Origin: Octopus bimaculoides | Lineage: Eukaryota | Direction: 5' to 3' | Assembly: GCF_001194135.2 (NCBI RefSeq) | Contig: NC_068982.1 | Coordinates: 27,903,075-27,967,074, forward strand | DNA length: 64,000 nucleotides | Position numbers and translations under genes: made by a program | Notes under the pieces: generated by a model | Seen by the model: the letters and a program-made list of their open reading frames with translations, nothing else | What the model was told of the DNA's origin: nothing | The model's database searches: none | In this document: one piece after another, positions 26,747 to 39,284 of the stretch | Position numbering within the stretch: the stretch's first letter is position 1 | Layout: the number at the start of each line of letters is the position of its first letter

Positions 26747-27022
26747 CATGGGTTTTCAAACTGTGGTCCGCAGACCACAGGGGGTCTGTGGACAGCAAAT
26801 ACTTTTTATGGGCAATTTGATTTTATATATGTTTTTTAATCGAAATCTTTTAATTGACAATAAACCTATTTTGTTAAATATTGTTAAATAAATAAATGTA
26901 AAAATTTATGTTATTTTAAGCAAATATTTATGTATAAATTTCATAAGCGTTTATAAGGGGGTCCCTAAGGTAAAGCCTGAAATATAAAGGGGTCCGCAAG
27001 TTAAAAAGTTTGAAAACCCCTG
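26747..27022. mobile_element. hAT-type MITE with perfect 8-bp TSD
   Basis: TIRs catgggttttcaaact / agtttgaaaacccctg. TSD ATCTAAAA at 26739-26746 and 27023-27030. Confidence 0.92.
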
Positions 27023-27084
27023 ATCTAAAACAGTACTGTTAATTGTCAAACGGTAAGGGGTGGGGAGACACACAGACATATACA

Positions 27085-27242
27085 TATTTATACACAATGG
27101 GTTTCTTTCAGTTTCTGTCTACCAAATCCACTCACATGGATTTGATCGGCCTGAGGCTATAGAAGACACTTGTCCAAGGTGCCATGCAGCGAGGCTGTGC
27201 CTGGAACCATATGGTTGAGAAGCAAGCTTTTTACCACATCTG
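27085..27242 (-). mobile_element. tRNA-derived SINE (family A) head
   Basis: tttctttcagtttctgtctaccaaatccactcac...agaagacacttgtccaaggtgccatgcag...gaaccatatggttgagaagcaagcttttaccac. Confidence 0.85.
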
Positions 27243-30239
27243 TACCTTTATATATAAAATTACATTATCCAATGTATCCAATGTAAATTTGGTTATTTTT
27301 GGCAGTCCGAGCAACCATCTAATTGAGGAGGCCGAGTTCATGTATTATTAATTGGGCAATCGAGTTCGACATCCCATTTAGCAGTCTCTGGAGACCAACG
27401 TGCAAAACGGATAGCAGTAAACCAGTGGGATATTTTGAAGTAAAATTTTTAAAATTATTTCACATCATTTTTGCAAATGCTCATTCCACAATGGCAATGT
27501 GACTTATGTCAATTTTTACTATAGTTTGTTTAATTCCCTCCCTCAAATCAAAAACCTAGATTCCAATTCAATTCCCTATGTGCATTATATGCCTTTATTC
27601 AAAATGAGTAAACTAGAACAAGCAATGTGTTTGCTTCACTCAAGTGTATTCTTGGTTACTACACACATTACCATAGTATTAGAGTAGAAAATAATTTTCA
27701 GTGTCAACCAATACAATATTAGTATTTGCAGTAAGTTCTGCCAACCAGAGAACAGTGTAGTACAATGAAATACCTTCACGTGCCGGTTGGTGTTTGTACC
27801 CTCTACTATCAACCTTTCCTATACAGGCGAACTGTACGGTTTATTTAGTCCATTAACAGGCACATACTTGATATAAACTAAACACTTACAAGGGATTAGA
27901 CGATATACTGGCAATATATCAGACCGCTGTTTATTTGGGTAGGGCGCGCGCGCGCGCACACACACACACACACCTCCGAAATAAAATATTTGGGTAAATT
28001 AAATGACAAAAAATTAGTCTAATATAAAACAGGGACATGTAAATAGGTGAATTTAAAAAGGGGAGGGGTGGAAACTGGAATATATAAGGGTTTATATATG
28101 TAAACCTACAACAATGGTTTCCATTGAAATGAAAGACCTACTTTATTTACTTGGGTCTGAATTATATGTGTCTTAATGAAAGGAATATACATCAGTTCTG
28201 TTCGGGTTGGGGGAAGAAAGAGGAGAAGGAAAACAAATACCTATTCACTATTCACACAATTACACCACATATGCACGCCTCCATGAAATGTGTTAATAAA
28301 AACTGCATTATTTTGTCTTATATTTTAAATGTTCTTTCTCTTAAAAGAAAAAAAAAGTTTATTTTCCACATGTCAAATTTATCCTACTTTCCAAAAGCTA
28401 AATGTTTTCGTCGGAACTAATTATGAAATTTAGGCTAGACATGTACAAATAATATAAGAAAAAAAAATTCAATCAGTCAAATACTCTTTTTTCGTTCGCT
28501 TAATTCCTTACAAATACACTAAAGCGTATTTACAAATAATAAAAATAATCTTTTACTAGATAGCTTATATTTGTTTTCATTAAATCCACCGGGTGTATTG
28601 ATTTCAGCTAATAAACCAAACACAAGCACGTTTATGTCTTTATACACGTGTAAATGTATAGAATTATCTCCAACATGTTTACAAACGAATCAAAGGCAAA
28701 CCAACAAGCATCAGTCATACAAAACATACGAACGTGTACAGTATACGCATTATGGTGTACACGAACGATTTTTATTTCGGATTGTTTACCAAGGAAGCAG
28801 TGACAGCTATAACACGTCTACGTGTTATGTGGCATATCTGACAGGAAACACAGGTAGAGAGAGAGAAAGAGTAAAGGAGAGTACAGTTGCGAAAAGAGGA
28901 ATTGATGGCATGCCAACTATCTTACACGATCACATTTTTCTTAGTAAAATCCAATGATATGATTATGCAGGGGGAAAATCCTGATATTTGAGCTGCCAAG
29001 ATAGCTGCACCCATTCCAATACTAGAAGCATGAGTCTTTCAGGAGTAAATAGCAATTACATCCTTAAACCGGCTACATCAATCAAAGTGGGGAAAACGAA
29101 TATATTGTTTTGCGCCATTATCACAACGGAAAATGTGTGCAGCGCTGTATAAATAAATAAATATATTTAAAGGAATTTTGACGAAATTGAATGCTGAATA
29201 ATTTTCACAACATACAATAATCGCAACATGTTTTGAATCGTTCAGTTCAATGTTATCTTTTTTTTCTCCTCTCAACCTCATATTCCATTCCTTAGAGAAA
29301 TCAATTAGTAAGGAATTTGTGCTACAGATTAATGCCTCCTTGAAAAATAGGGCTCTACTAACATCTTAGCATGGTTTGATAAGAGGTCAAAAGTATCTAA
29401 CATAAAAAAATCAATATTTTCTCATTTTACTCCACTCGATAGGCGCAAACAGAAATAATCTGGTCTGCTATAAAAGGCTGCAGACTAGTAAAAAGTAGCA
29501 GGCTCAATATGTTTAGTATCTGAATGAAGCATGCCGAAGAAGATAGGGTTTGGGGAATGCAAGAGAAGAAGATAATTAAGGCCAATGTAGTTGAGAAAAC
29601 CGCTAGAAAATATGAAATATTTTCTATCAACACTAATAAACAATAACAACAAACACGAAAATAACTGGAAATACGGGGAAGATCAGATTTCGCTACTAAT
29701 AATGATAAAAAATATGATAAAGAATGATTCTATATGAATGGTACAAGTACAAAAAAAAAAAAAANNNNNNNNNNAAACTGTTTATCGTAATGATACCTTT
29801 AGTTACCTTTCATTGTTCAATATTTTATAGCGAGTTCATTGACAAATTATTAAACTGCGTAACACTAATGACACATATAACGGCTGTATATATATATATA
29901 AAATGAGGTGAAAACATTCTTGGTTTTATAAAGAATCATTTTACATCTATAAATTGAAATGTATTTTCTTTAAATATCTCTATTCATTCATTGTGGGGAG
30001 ACTTAATTTTCAAAACTGATTAAATCTCATAACTTTTTGAGCGAGGATTTAACAGAATTCTTAGAAGTTTTAGATTATATCAAGTAATGAAATAATGAGA
30101 GATGAAAAGGGGAAAAGTTAATATATATTCAGAGAGAAAAGAAAAATATTTAAAAAGAGAAAAAAAGACCTAAAAAGTGTTGGGATGAGGTTAAGGACAA
30201 ATGAGACGCAGAATAGAAAAAGAAACGCAGTAAGAGATG

Positions 30240-30560
30240 AAAGAAGGTAAGCTATAGAGAGATAAAGAGATGGACGGAGGCAGAGAGAGATAGATACAAA
30301 AAGATGGATAGAGAAAGACAAACAGAAAGATGGATAGAGACAGAGATAGACAGACAGAAAGATGGACAGGGAGACAAAGATGGATAGAGACAGAGAGAGA
30401 CAAACAGAAAGGTGGACAGGGAGACAAAGATGGATAGAGAGACGGAAAGATGGACAGAGAGAAACAGAAAGATGGATAGAGAGAGACAAAGATGGATAGA
30501 GATGGAGACAGACAGAAAGTTAGAGGCAGAGATGGGTAGAGAGACAAGCAGAGACAAAAT
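30240..30560. repeat. Purine-rich degenerate satellite (gagacaaagatggatagaga / cagaaagatggac)
   Basis: Recurring units are visible; they explain the spurious SLSIFVSL-type ORFs. Confidence 0.88.
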
Positions 30561-31073
30561 TAGGCGGACAAGTGGGCAAATAGAGAGAGAAGAAAGCGTT
30601 TTTTTTCCCTTTAGCTTGATTAAGCCAACCTATGATTAAAGACATTCCAGCCGTGACAGTAGGCTTTTCGTAGGGGTGTGTATGTCTACACTAACTAACG
30701 AGTTCCTTCCTTATTTAAGATGTTGGGGGATACGATTCATGAGAAATTTCGAAACCGTTTCTAAGAGGCCGAGTGACCATGTAAGAGCTTCCTTGTTGGT
30801 TTGCCAAAAAGGAAAAAGTTGAAGAAAGAGTTAAAAAAAAAAAATGTAAGCCTGAGTGAATGTGTAGGTTAGAAGTGTGTGATGACAGATGACTCTTTGA
30901 AAGAGAGAAACAGGGCGGTTAGCTGCTTCTATAAGCCAACTACATCACTTAAGAAAAGACTTAGAACACAGTATTTAAACTATATACAAAATAGAAAGAG
31001 ATCAAATTGAATAAAGGGACTAAATTAAATTAAATTATAGAAATAATAATTGAAAAAAAGTAATTATACTTAC

Positions 31074-31140
31074 TTCTGTAGTGTGGCTGAGGTATTTGCC
31101 CTCCTAAGTTTTCAACATCTAACTCGCTTGATACAGACAT
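31074..31140 (-). CDS. Candidate first coding exon of an unidentified minus-strand gene (MSVSSELDVENLGGQIPQPHYR, phase 1)
   Basis: ATG at 31140, 22 open codons plus 1 nt, and a perfect GTAAGT donor (acttac at 31068-31073). Lies in the CpG-retaining zone. Product not recognised. Confidence 0.55.
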
Positions 31141-31199
31141 TTTTGGTTTGTAAAGACGTTTAGATAGAATTAAAGATAACAAAACATGTATATCTCACG

Positions 31200-31930
31200 A
31201 GACAGGTCACTGTCAACTTAACGGCGTCAAAGCTCAATTCCCTTCACCGGGTGCGCAACATGGCTGGCTCTCTACAGAATCGAAACCGGGAACAAGTGCA
31301 TTAAAAGAAATGAGAATTCTTTCTCTTTCTCCAAGGAAACTAAGGGTTGTCTAACGAACACAGACAATATATTTTCTCCTTCTCTTTGTTTTAAAATCGC
31401 CAGCCGAAATGATACAATTCTATTTATATGCAGACACAATTTTGTAAATAAAATTCATCAGATATCTTTTGACATTATTTTCGCCGCTTTTTTTTTTTGC
31501 TTTTCCACAACGACACGATACAATTGTTTTGAGCTTATAACATTTTGTACTTATTTCTTCATTCCTTTTACTTTGGTTATTCCTGTGGGAGCTACATTTA
31601 TAATATCCTGATCAGCTTCAGTAATTTGAAAGACAGCGTCAAAAACCGATTTGGCTGCTAGATAAACCACCTGTAAGGGCTGCTGTCAAGTTCATCAGTT
31701 GAATCAAGGCGGGACCGCTTGAAGACTAACACGCATTCGGCTGTTTCCGTTAAAACCCGTTTGCTGTTACGTAAGTTAGCGAAAATAACCGAAGTAAATT
31801 GGCGGATTTCAAATCGACGAATTAGGTAAAAAATAGTAAGAAGACTTCCAAACAACACACCCACTCCCAGTACAAACTTTTTGGCTTTCCGTTCTTTAAC
31901 AAGTTCACCGCTGCAAGGAGGCGCTAGTAG
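31200..31930. promoter_or_regulatory. Candidate bidirectional (head-to-head) promoter
   Basis: Locally high CpG frequency by eye. Outward-facing GTAAGT donors at 31073 (minus) and 31771 (plus). YY1/Pho-like CAACATGGCT at 31256-31265. GCGTCAAA occurs at about 31225 and 31636. Confidence 0.55.
31625..31770 (+). other. Candidate non-coding first exon of the FAM81-like gene
   Basis: CpG-rich segment ending in donor TAC|GTAAGT at 31771. The start is approximate and linkage to the 50039 exon is inferred. Confidence 0.4.
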
Positions 31931-32717
31931 TTTTGTTTACAAATATTACATGTATTGTCTTGGAAACCACCACAGTCACAATTTTATTATTCCATAAAGG
32001 TCAACCAATTGACATATGTCAAAAATTAAGGTAATTAGTCACTTTTTTCACTGCATTTTATTTCTCGCCAATTGCTTTATGCACAACCAAGTTATCATTT
32101 TCAAGTGTAGTTTAGCATCTGTTTATAATATGCACAAATCGATGCGAGTACGACAGAGCAACTATATCGGGAGTTCTTAACCAGGGAGGCGAAGGGGTAC
32201 TTTCGATCTCTACTATCGTTTTTTTATCAATAAATGTAACAAAATTCTTATGGTTTCTTTTCATATCATCCATTGGTATCATTGTTGTCATGATTTTTTT
32301 TTTACATTCAATAGCAACAATACAAACTCTATTCTCTTATCAATTTCCATCAATGCAATCAAACTTTCCCAAAATTTCAGTGCATGTTCTGTCAAGTTGA
32401 AGTTGCATAAATTTGGATTCTTAAAATCCGCCCAAAGTTGTGAGATATAACTATCTGACAGTGCCAGCTTGCATTTCAACTTTAACTTTCACGCTGATTA
32501 TTATCGTATTCTTATGCCAATTTCATAAAAACTTGCAGAATCCTCATTTTCGATTTTCTCAAACCCTTTGGTGGTATTTACATTCTGCATGAAAGCGGAC
32601 GGCAACTTTTAAAGTGACACCAGCACCGAATGGTGGGTATACCTACACAAGTATACCCCCTCCCCCCGACTCTGTGTGGTGGGAATACCTACACGAGTGT
32701 ACCCCGCCCCCGACAAC

Positions 32718-33208
32718 TTCCTCACAACTTCCAGAAAAATGGATATTTTTTAAATGAAATTTTCTACAAATACAATTCATATGATACAGATTATGATTAT
32801 ATCGGAATTTAATGTGAACATTTTTTCCAAGGGCGGGGTGAGGAGTTTCGGAAAATTCACACGAGTTGGCTTTGTTTCTTCATATCGTTCAAGAAAATGG
32901 TGTCTTTTAATGAAATTTTCAAAAAAATACCTTTCAAAGTCTGTAGATTATGATTATATCGGAATCTAATATGAAGAAGAAAACTGGTGAACTCATATAT
33001 ACATGTCTGACACACATCACAATTTGTTTTCTATATTTCAAGTTTCATTTTGTAGATATGTATGAAGTGTATATATGTGTACGAACCAACCATTAATTTT
33101 TTTTTTTATCATATTAAATTCCGATATAACTTTAATCTACACACTTTGAAAAGTATTTGTAGATAATTTCATGAAAAATGACTCATTAGTCTGAAAGTAA
33201 TGAGGAAA
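32718..33208. mobile_element. Foldback/MITE-like element with about 100-bp imperfect inverted termini and an internal direct copy
   Basis: 32718-32816 is inverted at 33110-33208. A direct copy of about 80 bp lies at 32893-32973. Core motif agatta(t/a)(g/a)(a/g)ttatatcggaat(t/c)taat(a/g)tg. No TSD found. Confidence 0.65.
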
Positions 33209-33668
33209 CAAAGCCGGTGAAGGTGTATGAGAACATGTGAAGCAATTTCTATTAGGGATAGGGGAAATTGTAATAAGATTAACAGCCCAGAATTGCTCAA
33301 ATTAACAATGAAACCTCTCTCTCATATCACATCCTACTGCCCGAAAAAAAAAAAAAAAAAAAAAAAAAAAGAAAAAGAGAAAAGAAAGAAAAGAAGAAAG
33401 TACACATTGGATAATAAAAGAGGGATTGTCATGAGGATGCTTTTGATCTTAGATATATCTAATCGATTAGAGTTGATCTGGTCAAGCTTACATAAAACAA
33501 TAAAACCGAATCAATGTAAATATGTTTTATTCACTGACAATTTAGAAAATATAAACTAATACACACATACACACGTATATTACCTTACACAGGCAGAGTC
33601 ATCAGTTCATTTAGACGAATACTTAAATCATATATATACCCATCTTCCTAACAGCTCCTCCTGCCACC

Positions 33669-33849
33669 CAGGCCCGTTGCCAGACTTTGGCGTCTGGAGA
33701 TGCTTAAAAATATTCTGGGTGGGTACTAATTTGTAATAATGCTAAAATGGAGTTTTGAAACAAGTGCTGCACTACTGTAAATCTGAGGGTGCACCATTGA
33801 ATAGCAAGGAGGCAGTGCCATCTAGTGCACTCCCATAGCAACAGGCATG
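33669..33849. mobile_element. GC-rich MITE, hAT-like
   Basis: Imperfect TIRs caggcccgttgccag / atagcaacaggcatg. Degenerate 8-bp flanks ctgccacc / cctccacc. Confidence 0.5.
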
Positions 33850-34382
33850 CCTCCACCCATGTTCACTCACTGCATTCCCCTCCCCTTTATCTCCACCTCC
33901 TCTTTTGCCCTCATGAACTTAGCTGCCTACTAACACTATGCAATCCCCAGTACCACTTCACTTACATGCACTTACCTGTAACTTGAGGGTATGTCCTAAC
34001 ATCTTCACCATCTTTCTCTCTCTTTCTCTCCAACTGAGGTAGCCATGCAACACCTCTACTACAAGACACCTATTTCTGTCCCGCTATCATAATCTAACCT
34101 TTTATCACCTCGTACATAGCCACCTCCTTCAATAGTACTTGGCTCTCTGTTGAGAAGTCTTGTCTAACAAGTTTCTTGGTGACCTCATTGTTGTTGGTAC
34201 CATGCAAAAAGAATGTTGTACATTCTGTAAAATGATTGGCATTAGGAAGTGCACGTAGCCATAGAAACCATGCCAAAGCAGACAGTAGAGCTTGGCAGAG
34301 ACCTCTGGCTTGTCAGCCCCTATCAAACCATCCATACTAGCATGGAAAGTAGACATTAAATGAAGTTGATGAGGATGATGAT

Positions 34383-34414
<32 letters not shown>

Positions 34415-34588
34415 TAGATATGTTTTGACCAAAGATTGGTCCAGGCCATGTCTAACTTAATAGCACCACCTGATAGGATTATCTAAATCCTTTTTACAGT
34501 CAAGCNNNNNNNNNNNNNNNNNNNNNNNNNNNNNNNNNNNNNNNNGCATGGAAAGTAGACATTAAATGAAGTTGATGAGGATGATGAT

Positions 34589-34620
<32 letters not shown>

Positions 34621-36431
34621 TAGATATGTTTTGACCAAAGATTGGTCCAGGCCATGTCTAACTTAATAGCACCACCTGATAGGATTATCTAAATCCTTTT
34701 TACAGTCAAGCCTTGTTTATCATCCATTCAAGTAGTGAGTTCTTAATGAGTGAGTTGTATCCAGGTATGGGTGGCTTGTCTGGTATTCCTTGAAGAAATC
34801 TGTCTAGACTCCGTTTAAAGCTGATAGGATCCTTTTCCTCTTTTATCTGTTTCGGGACAATGCTATATATATATATATATTATACCTTTGAAAATCCACA
34901 TGCCATGCACGTGTATGTTTTAGTCCAAGATGGGAAGAGCACTATCTGAAACCTTTCCAAACCATCATACTTTGGTGAGATTGATGCAGTTAGTGTTTCA
35001 GTTTGGACTTTTACAGACTGATACCTGTACAAGATATATGGACACAGTGGAATTCCTGGGGGTTGCATCGCTAGGATAGAATATTGAACAAAGTATTTAG
35101 TGACAAGAAACAGTGAAAATAATGAGAAGAACATGGGACACATCAGTTAGACTTCAGAGATGGTGGTACATAAATGTATCAAAAGAGCAGGTGTTGTTAC
35201 CTCATGGTATCCATCATAGTATGATTGTGGAGAGTCAACAAGAGCATTGCTGTGAAGTTGCTCAACCAGCTAGTTTTCCCTTGAATCACACCCTATTTTC
35301 TTAAAAGAAGGGGGTCACATTGGATAATGTAGTCTCATATATAAAATGTATGTTTGAATAGAAGACAGAATGCTTTGTCAGGGTTCACTTGAAGCTACAC
35401 CATAACATATAATTATCAGCATTCTTATCAGCACATTATGTTGGGTCTAATCCTTAATCCATACACTCAAGAACCAAACCATTTAAAGCGTCACATTAGA
35501 TCTATGAAAAAATAAGGTCTGAACTGTTAATGGAGTAACTTCTTGAGCATTTAACTTAATTTTCTCATAACTGTTACATTTTGTTCCTGCCTGTAGATGC
35601 TGCAAGCTTTAATATTTTGGCTATGTAGCTGTTTTTTTTCCCCTTGCATCAGTCTTTTTTTAAATATCAAATTTAATACCCAGCATAATCTTTTATGTGC
35701 TATTTTTATCTTGATATCGTCTTCCCACTTGATATCTTGAATTGTAGCTAAATCCCACAATAGTGACAACCAACAATTATCCACAGCAAATATTTAGTAA
35801 AAAAAAAAAAAAAAGTACCAGGAAAGAAGTATTTTGTGAGAGCAAAATAATGTTGTCTAAATTCTATGAATGTAAGAATGGAAATGAGAATATGAAAGGC
35901 TGAAAGAGTGAGGTTGTGGGGAAGTTAATTGAAGGGTTACTTCAGCCCTTACAAATTTGACTTAAAATCTCCACATTCAGCTTACACATACACACACACA
36001 TGCATGCACACACACACACACACACACACAAAGTAACAACAACAACATATTTAACTACAGACATTGCTATCAATTTTATACTATTATTGTTGTTGCCAGT
36101 TAGTTATTCAAATGTTGCTGGGTTGGTAGGAATGGCGGTATTGGTGGTGGTGTTCATATTGTTCTTGTTAATTGTATTGTGGTTCCTGCTTAGTCTCAAG
36201 TCCAATCCTCATTGACCTGTGATCAAAGTCGTTTCTTTCAACTTTTAGAATGCACCAGGGTGATTATTTTTTAAATTTAGCTGGAGTTGCTTATCATGTT
36301 CAAACTATTGTTTTACTGTTGTTGTTCTTTGTGATTCAAGAAAATGTGTACACACATCAATATTCACTGAGAAAGTTTCCACCTCACACTTCATAAATGT
36401 TATAGTGATGCATACACACACACACACACAC

Positions 36432-36473
<42 letters not shown>

Positions 36474-36884
36474 NNNNNNNNNNNNNNNNNNNNNNNNNNN
36501 NNNNNNNNNNNNNNNNNNNNNNNNNNNNNNNNNNNNNNNNNNNNNNNNNNNNNNNNNNNNNNNNNNNNNNNNNNNNNNNNNNNNNNNNNNNNNNNNNNNN
36601 NNNNNNNNNNNNNNNNNNNNNNNNNNNNNNNNNNNNNNNNNNNNNNNNNNNNNNNNNNNNNNNNNNNNNNNNNNNNNNNNNNNNNNNNNNNNNNNNNNNN
36701 NNNNNNNNNNNNNNNNNNNNNNNNNNNNNNNNNNNNNNNNNNNNNNNNNNNNNNNNNNNNNNNNNNNNNNNNNNNNNNNNNNNNNNNNNNNNNNNNNNNN
36801 NNNNNNNNNNNNNNNNNNNNNNNNNNNNNNNNNNNNNNNNNNNNNNNNNNNNNNNNNNNNNNNNNNNNNNNNNNNNNNNNNNNN

Positions 36885-36931
<47 letters not shown>

Positions 36932-37019
36932 GTATAAGAATATCCACCACCACCTCTACTAATTAGATCATCTAAATGGTAGAAGCTATCAACTACACTC
37001 ATAGGGAACCTTCTGGGCA

Positions 37020-38035
37020 GTTGATAGACTCCCTTGACCTCTCAGTGCTTACTATCTATGTTCACTTGTAGCATATGAAGTCTACCTTCTCCATTAGTTT
37101 GCCTGTGATCCCACTACATCTCTTGCCTGCCATACTTTACACCAGGTACACTCTGAGGAAGTCCCACTTACTCCTTTCCTGCATGTGAGTACAGCCATTT
37201 CCCAAATAGTATCAGGGTCCTATCTTCTTGCCTACTTACTGATATTTTGATATTTTAGTCTTTGCTAAGTAAACTTTGAGACCTCTCAATTCTAGGTTTT
37301 GCTTCCTCATCTGGAATTTCTTCTTTAAATCCACCACTGATTCAGCTATAAAAACTAGGACATCAGCATGTAAGAGTTCCCATGGGCAGCTAGTCTTAAA
37401 CTTCACTGCTTTGGCTTGGAGGACTATAATGAACAGAAAGGGGTTGAAAACAGATTCCTGATAGACTCCTATTTTAATTTCAAATTCATTACTAAACTCA
37501 TTGCTGATTCTCACTTTGCTAACACTGCTTCTGTACATGGCTTATATGGCTGTCACAAGCCATTCATCTCCTCCTAGTCTTCTTGGTGACTACCTAATCC
37601 AGGTATAGTGGCTTATTCTTGGCTAAGTATTTCTACAGTTGTTTCATTAAAAATATAGCATCTGTAGTATTCCTTCCAAATTCAAAGCTGAACTATATTT
37701 CATCCTGGTTAATTCTCATACTAATCAATTGGGCTATTTTACATTCTGTAACATATCTTGCAGTTTGATACTTCTGTAATTACTTCTCTTTAAGACATAT
37801 CCTTTGCTTTGTAATAGCTGACAATGCTACTTCTAAGCCAGTTATTGGGTATGACACCTTCCTGAACTACCTGATTGACTATGCAGGTGATTAGTTTGTA
37901 TCCTACATCACCCAATATTTTAAGCATCTTAGTGGTGATTCCTGAAGGTACAGGAGCCTTCCCTATCTTTATATACTTAATCACTATCAAACTACTGTCA
38001 ACTTGAATGGCTAGTCCTTCAATAAGGTCCATTCT
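37020..38035 (-). pseudogene. RTE-clade LINE reverse transcriptase fragment
   Basis: ORF 37790-38092 has KIGKAPVPSGITTKMLKILG..IPNNW..S.IV..YK. ORF 37236-37538 has IGVYQESVFNPFLF..PWELLHADVLV...GLKVYLAKTK (degenerate QGS.LSP and YADD). Confidence 0.9.
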
Positions 38036-38063
38036 TTGTCCCATACATTTTCTATAAGTGAAG

Positions 38064-38352
38064 GCACATGGTTTAGTGGTTAGGGTATTCAACTCATGAT
38101 TGTTGGGTCATGAGTTCAATTCCCAGTGTCTTGTTGAGCAAGGCACGTTATTTTGCATTGCTCCAGTCCACCCAGCTGGCAAAAATGAGTTGTACCTGTA
38201 ATTCTGTATCATGTTGAATCTCCCTGATAATTATGTTAAGGGTACATGTGTCTGTGGAGTGCTCAGCCACTTGCATGTTAATTTCATGAGCAGGCTGTCC
38301 CATCGATCAGATCAACTGAATTACTCGTCATCATAACTGATGGAATGCCAAT
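38064..38352 (+). mobile_element. tRNA-derived SINE (third family)
   Basis: A/B-box-like head gcacatggtttagtggttagg...gagttcaattccc, then gagcaaggcac...ctccagtccacccagctg core. Confidence 0.7.
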
Positions 38353-38769
38353 TAACATTTTAGACATTAAGTAATCTCTCATAATTGCATTTCCATGCCT
38401 CTTTCTTTTCAATCTCCACTATTGTTCCATATAAACTTCCCACCAATAGCACCCTGATTTTTTTCTAGCACACTGCTTGGTAATCCAGAATACCTCACAC
38501 CTATTGTCCTTGCATCTTAAAATGTTGGCAAACTTTGTACTCTTCTTTTGAATGTTCTGAAAGCATTAGTAGCCTAGAGTAAGAACAGGGTGCACAAAAG
38601 TTCAGAGAACTATTATCTCTGTTGGCGACGAAGGGCTTCTCTCTCAAAGTAAATGGTAGATAGTATGATGCATATGCATGAATATGTCATGACAGTATCC
38701 TTATAATTCCATCAGGAGATAAGAACCCATGGCTTAGCATGGCATGGCAGTATTAATGCTGTGCATAAG

Positions 38770-39000
38770 GTGGTGAGCTGGCAGAATCATTAGCATGCCA
38801 GATCAAATGCTTAGTGGCTTTTTATCCATTTTCAGTATTCTGAGTTCAAATTTTGCCAAGGTTGACTTTACCATTCATCCTTTCAGAGTTAGTAAAATAA
38901 AGTACCAGTGGAGCACTGGGGTGTATGTAATCGGCTTACCNNNNNNNNNNNNNNNNNNNATAATTCAGGCCTTGTGCCTATGATAGAAAGGATTATTAAT
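38770..39000 (+). mobile_element. tRNA-derived SINE (family B)
   Basis: ggtgagctggcagaatcattagc...gagttcaaattttgccaaggttgactttaccattcatcctttcagag...aagtaccagtggagcactgggg. Confidence 0.85.
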
Positions 39001-39249
39001 GCTGTGCATCCCTACACAGTTCTTAGGGCAAGTGAAGCTTCAGACATTATAGTGATTTAATGTGTGTGTGTGTTATTTTAGTTAAGTTTATCTAGGTTCA
39101 GTGGTAGAATAAAGCTTTCAGGATGTTGTTATAGTAATACATTTGGAGTGTTGTGTATGAATCTGGGTCTCTCGTAATGGATTTTCAGGAAATGGCAGGG
39201 ACTGCAGAGACTGAAGCTCAATGAAATGTATGTCCATGTAGTTTTTCGA

Positions 39250-39284
<35 letters not shown>

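Noticed and set aside
30118-30639. Overlapping ORFs in the AG satellite, and other HTHT/CVCV/IYIY ORFs across the window
   Set aside because: Translations of simple repeats.
31658-31864. 68-aa minus-strand ORF in the promoter
   Set aside because: GTG start, no recognisable homology, and overlap with the candidate plus-strand 5' exon.
34340-34711. Identical 166-bp direct duplication (34340-34505, 34546-34711)
   Set aside because: The copies flank a 40-N gap, so this is most likely an unmerged contig overlap rather than biology.
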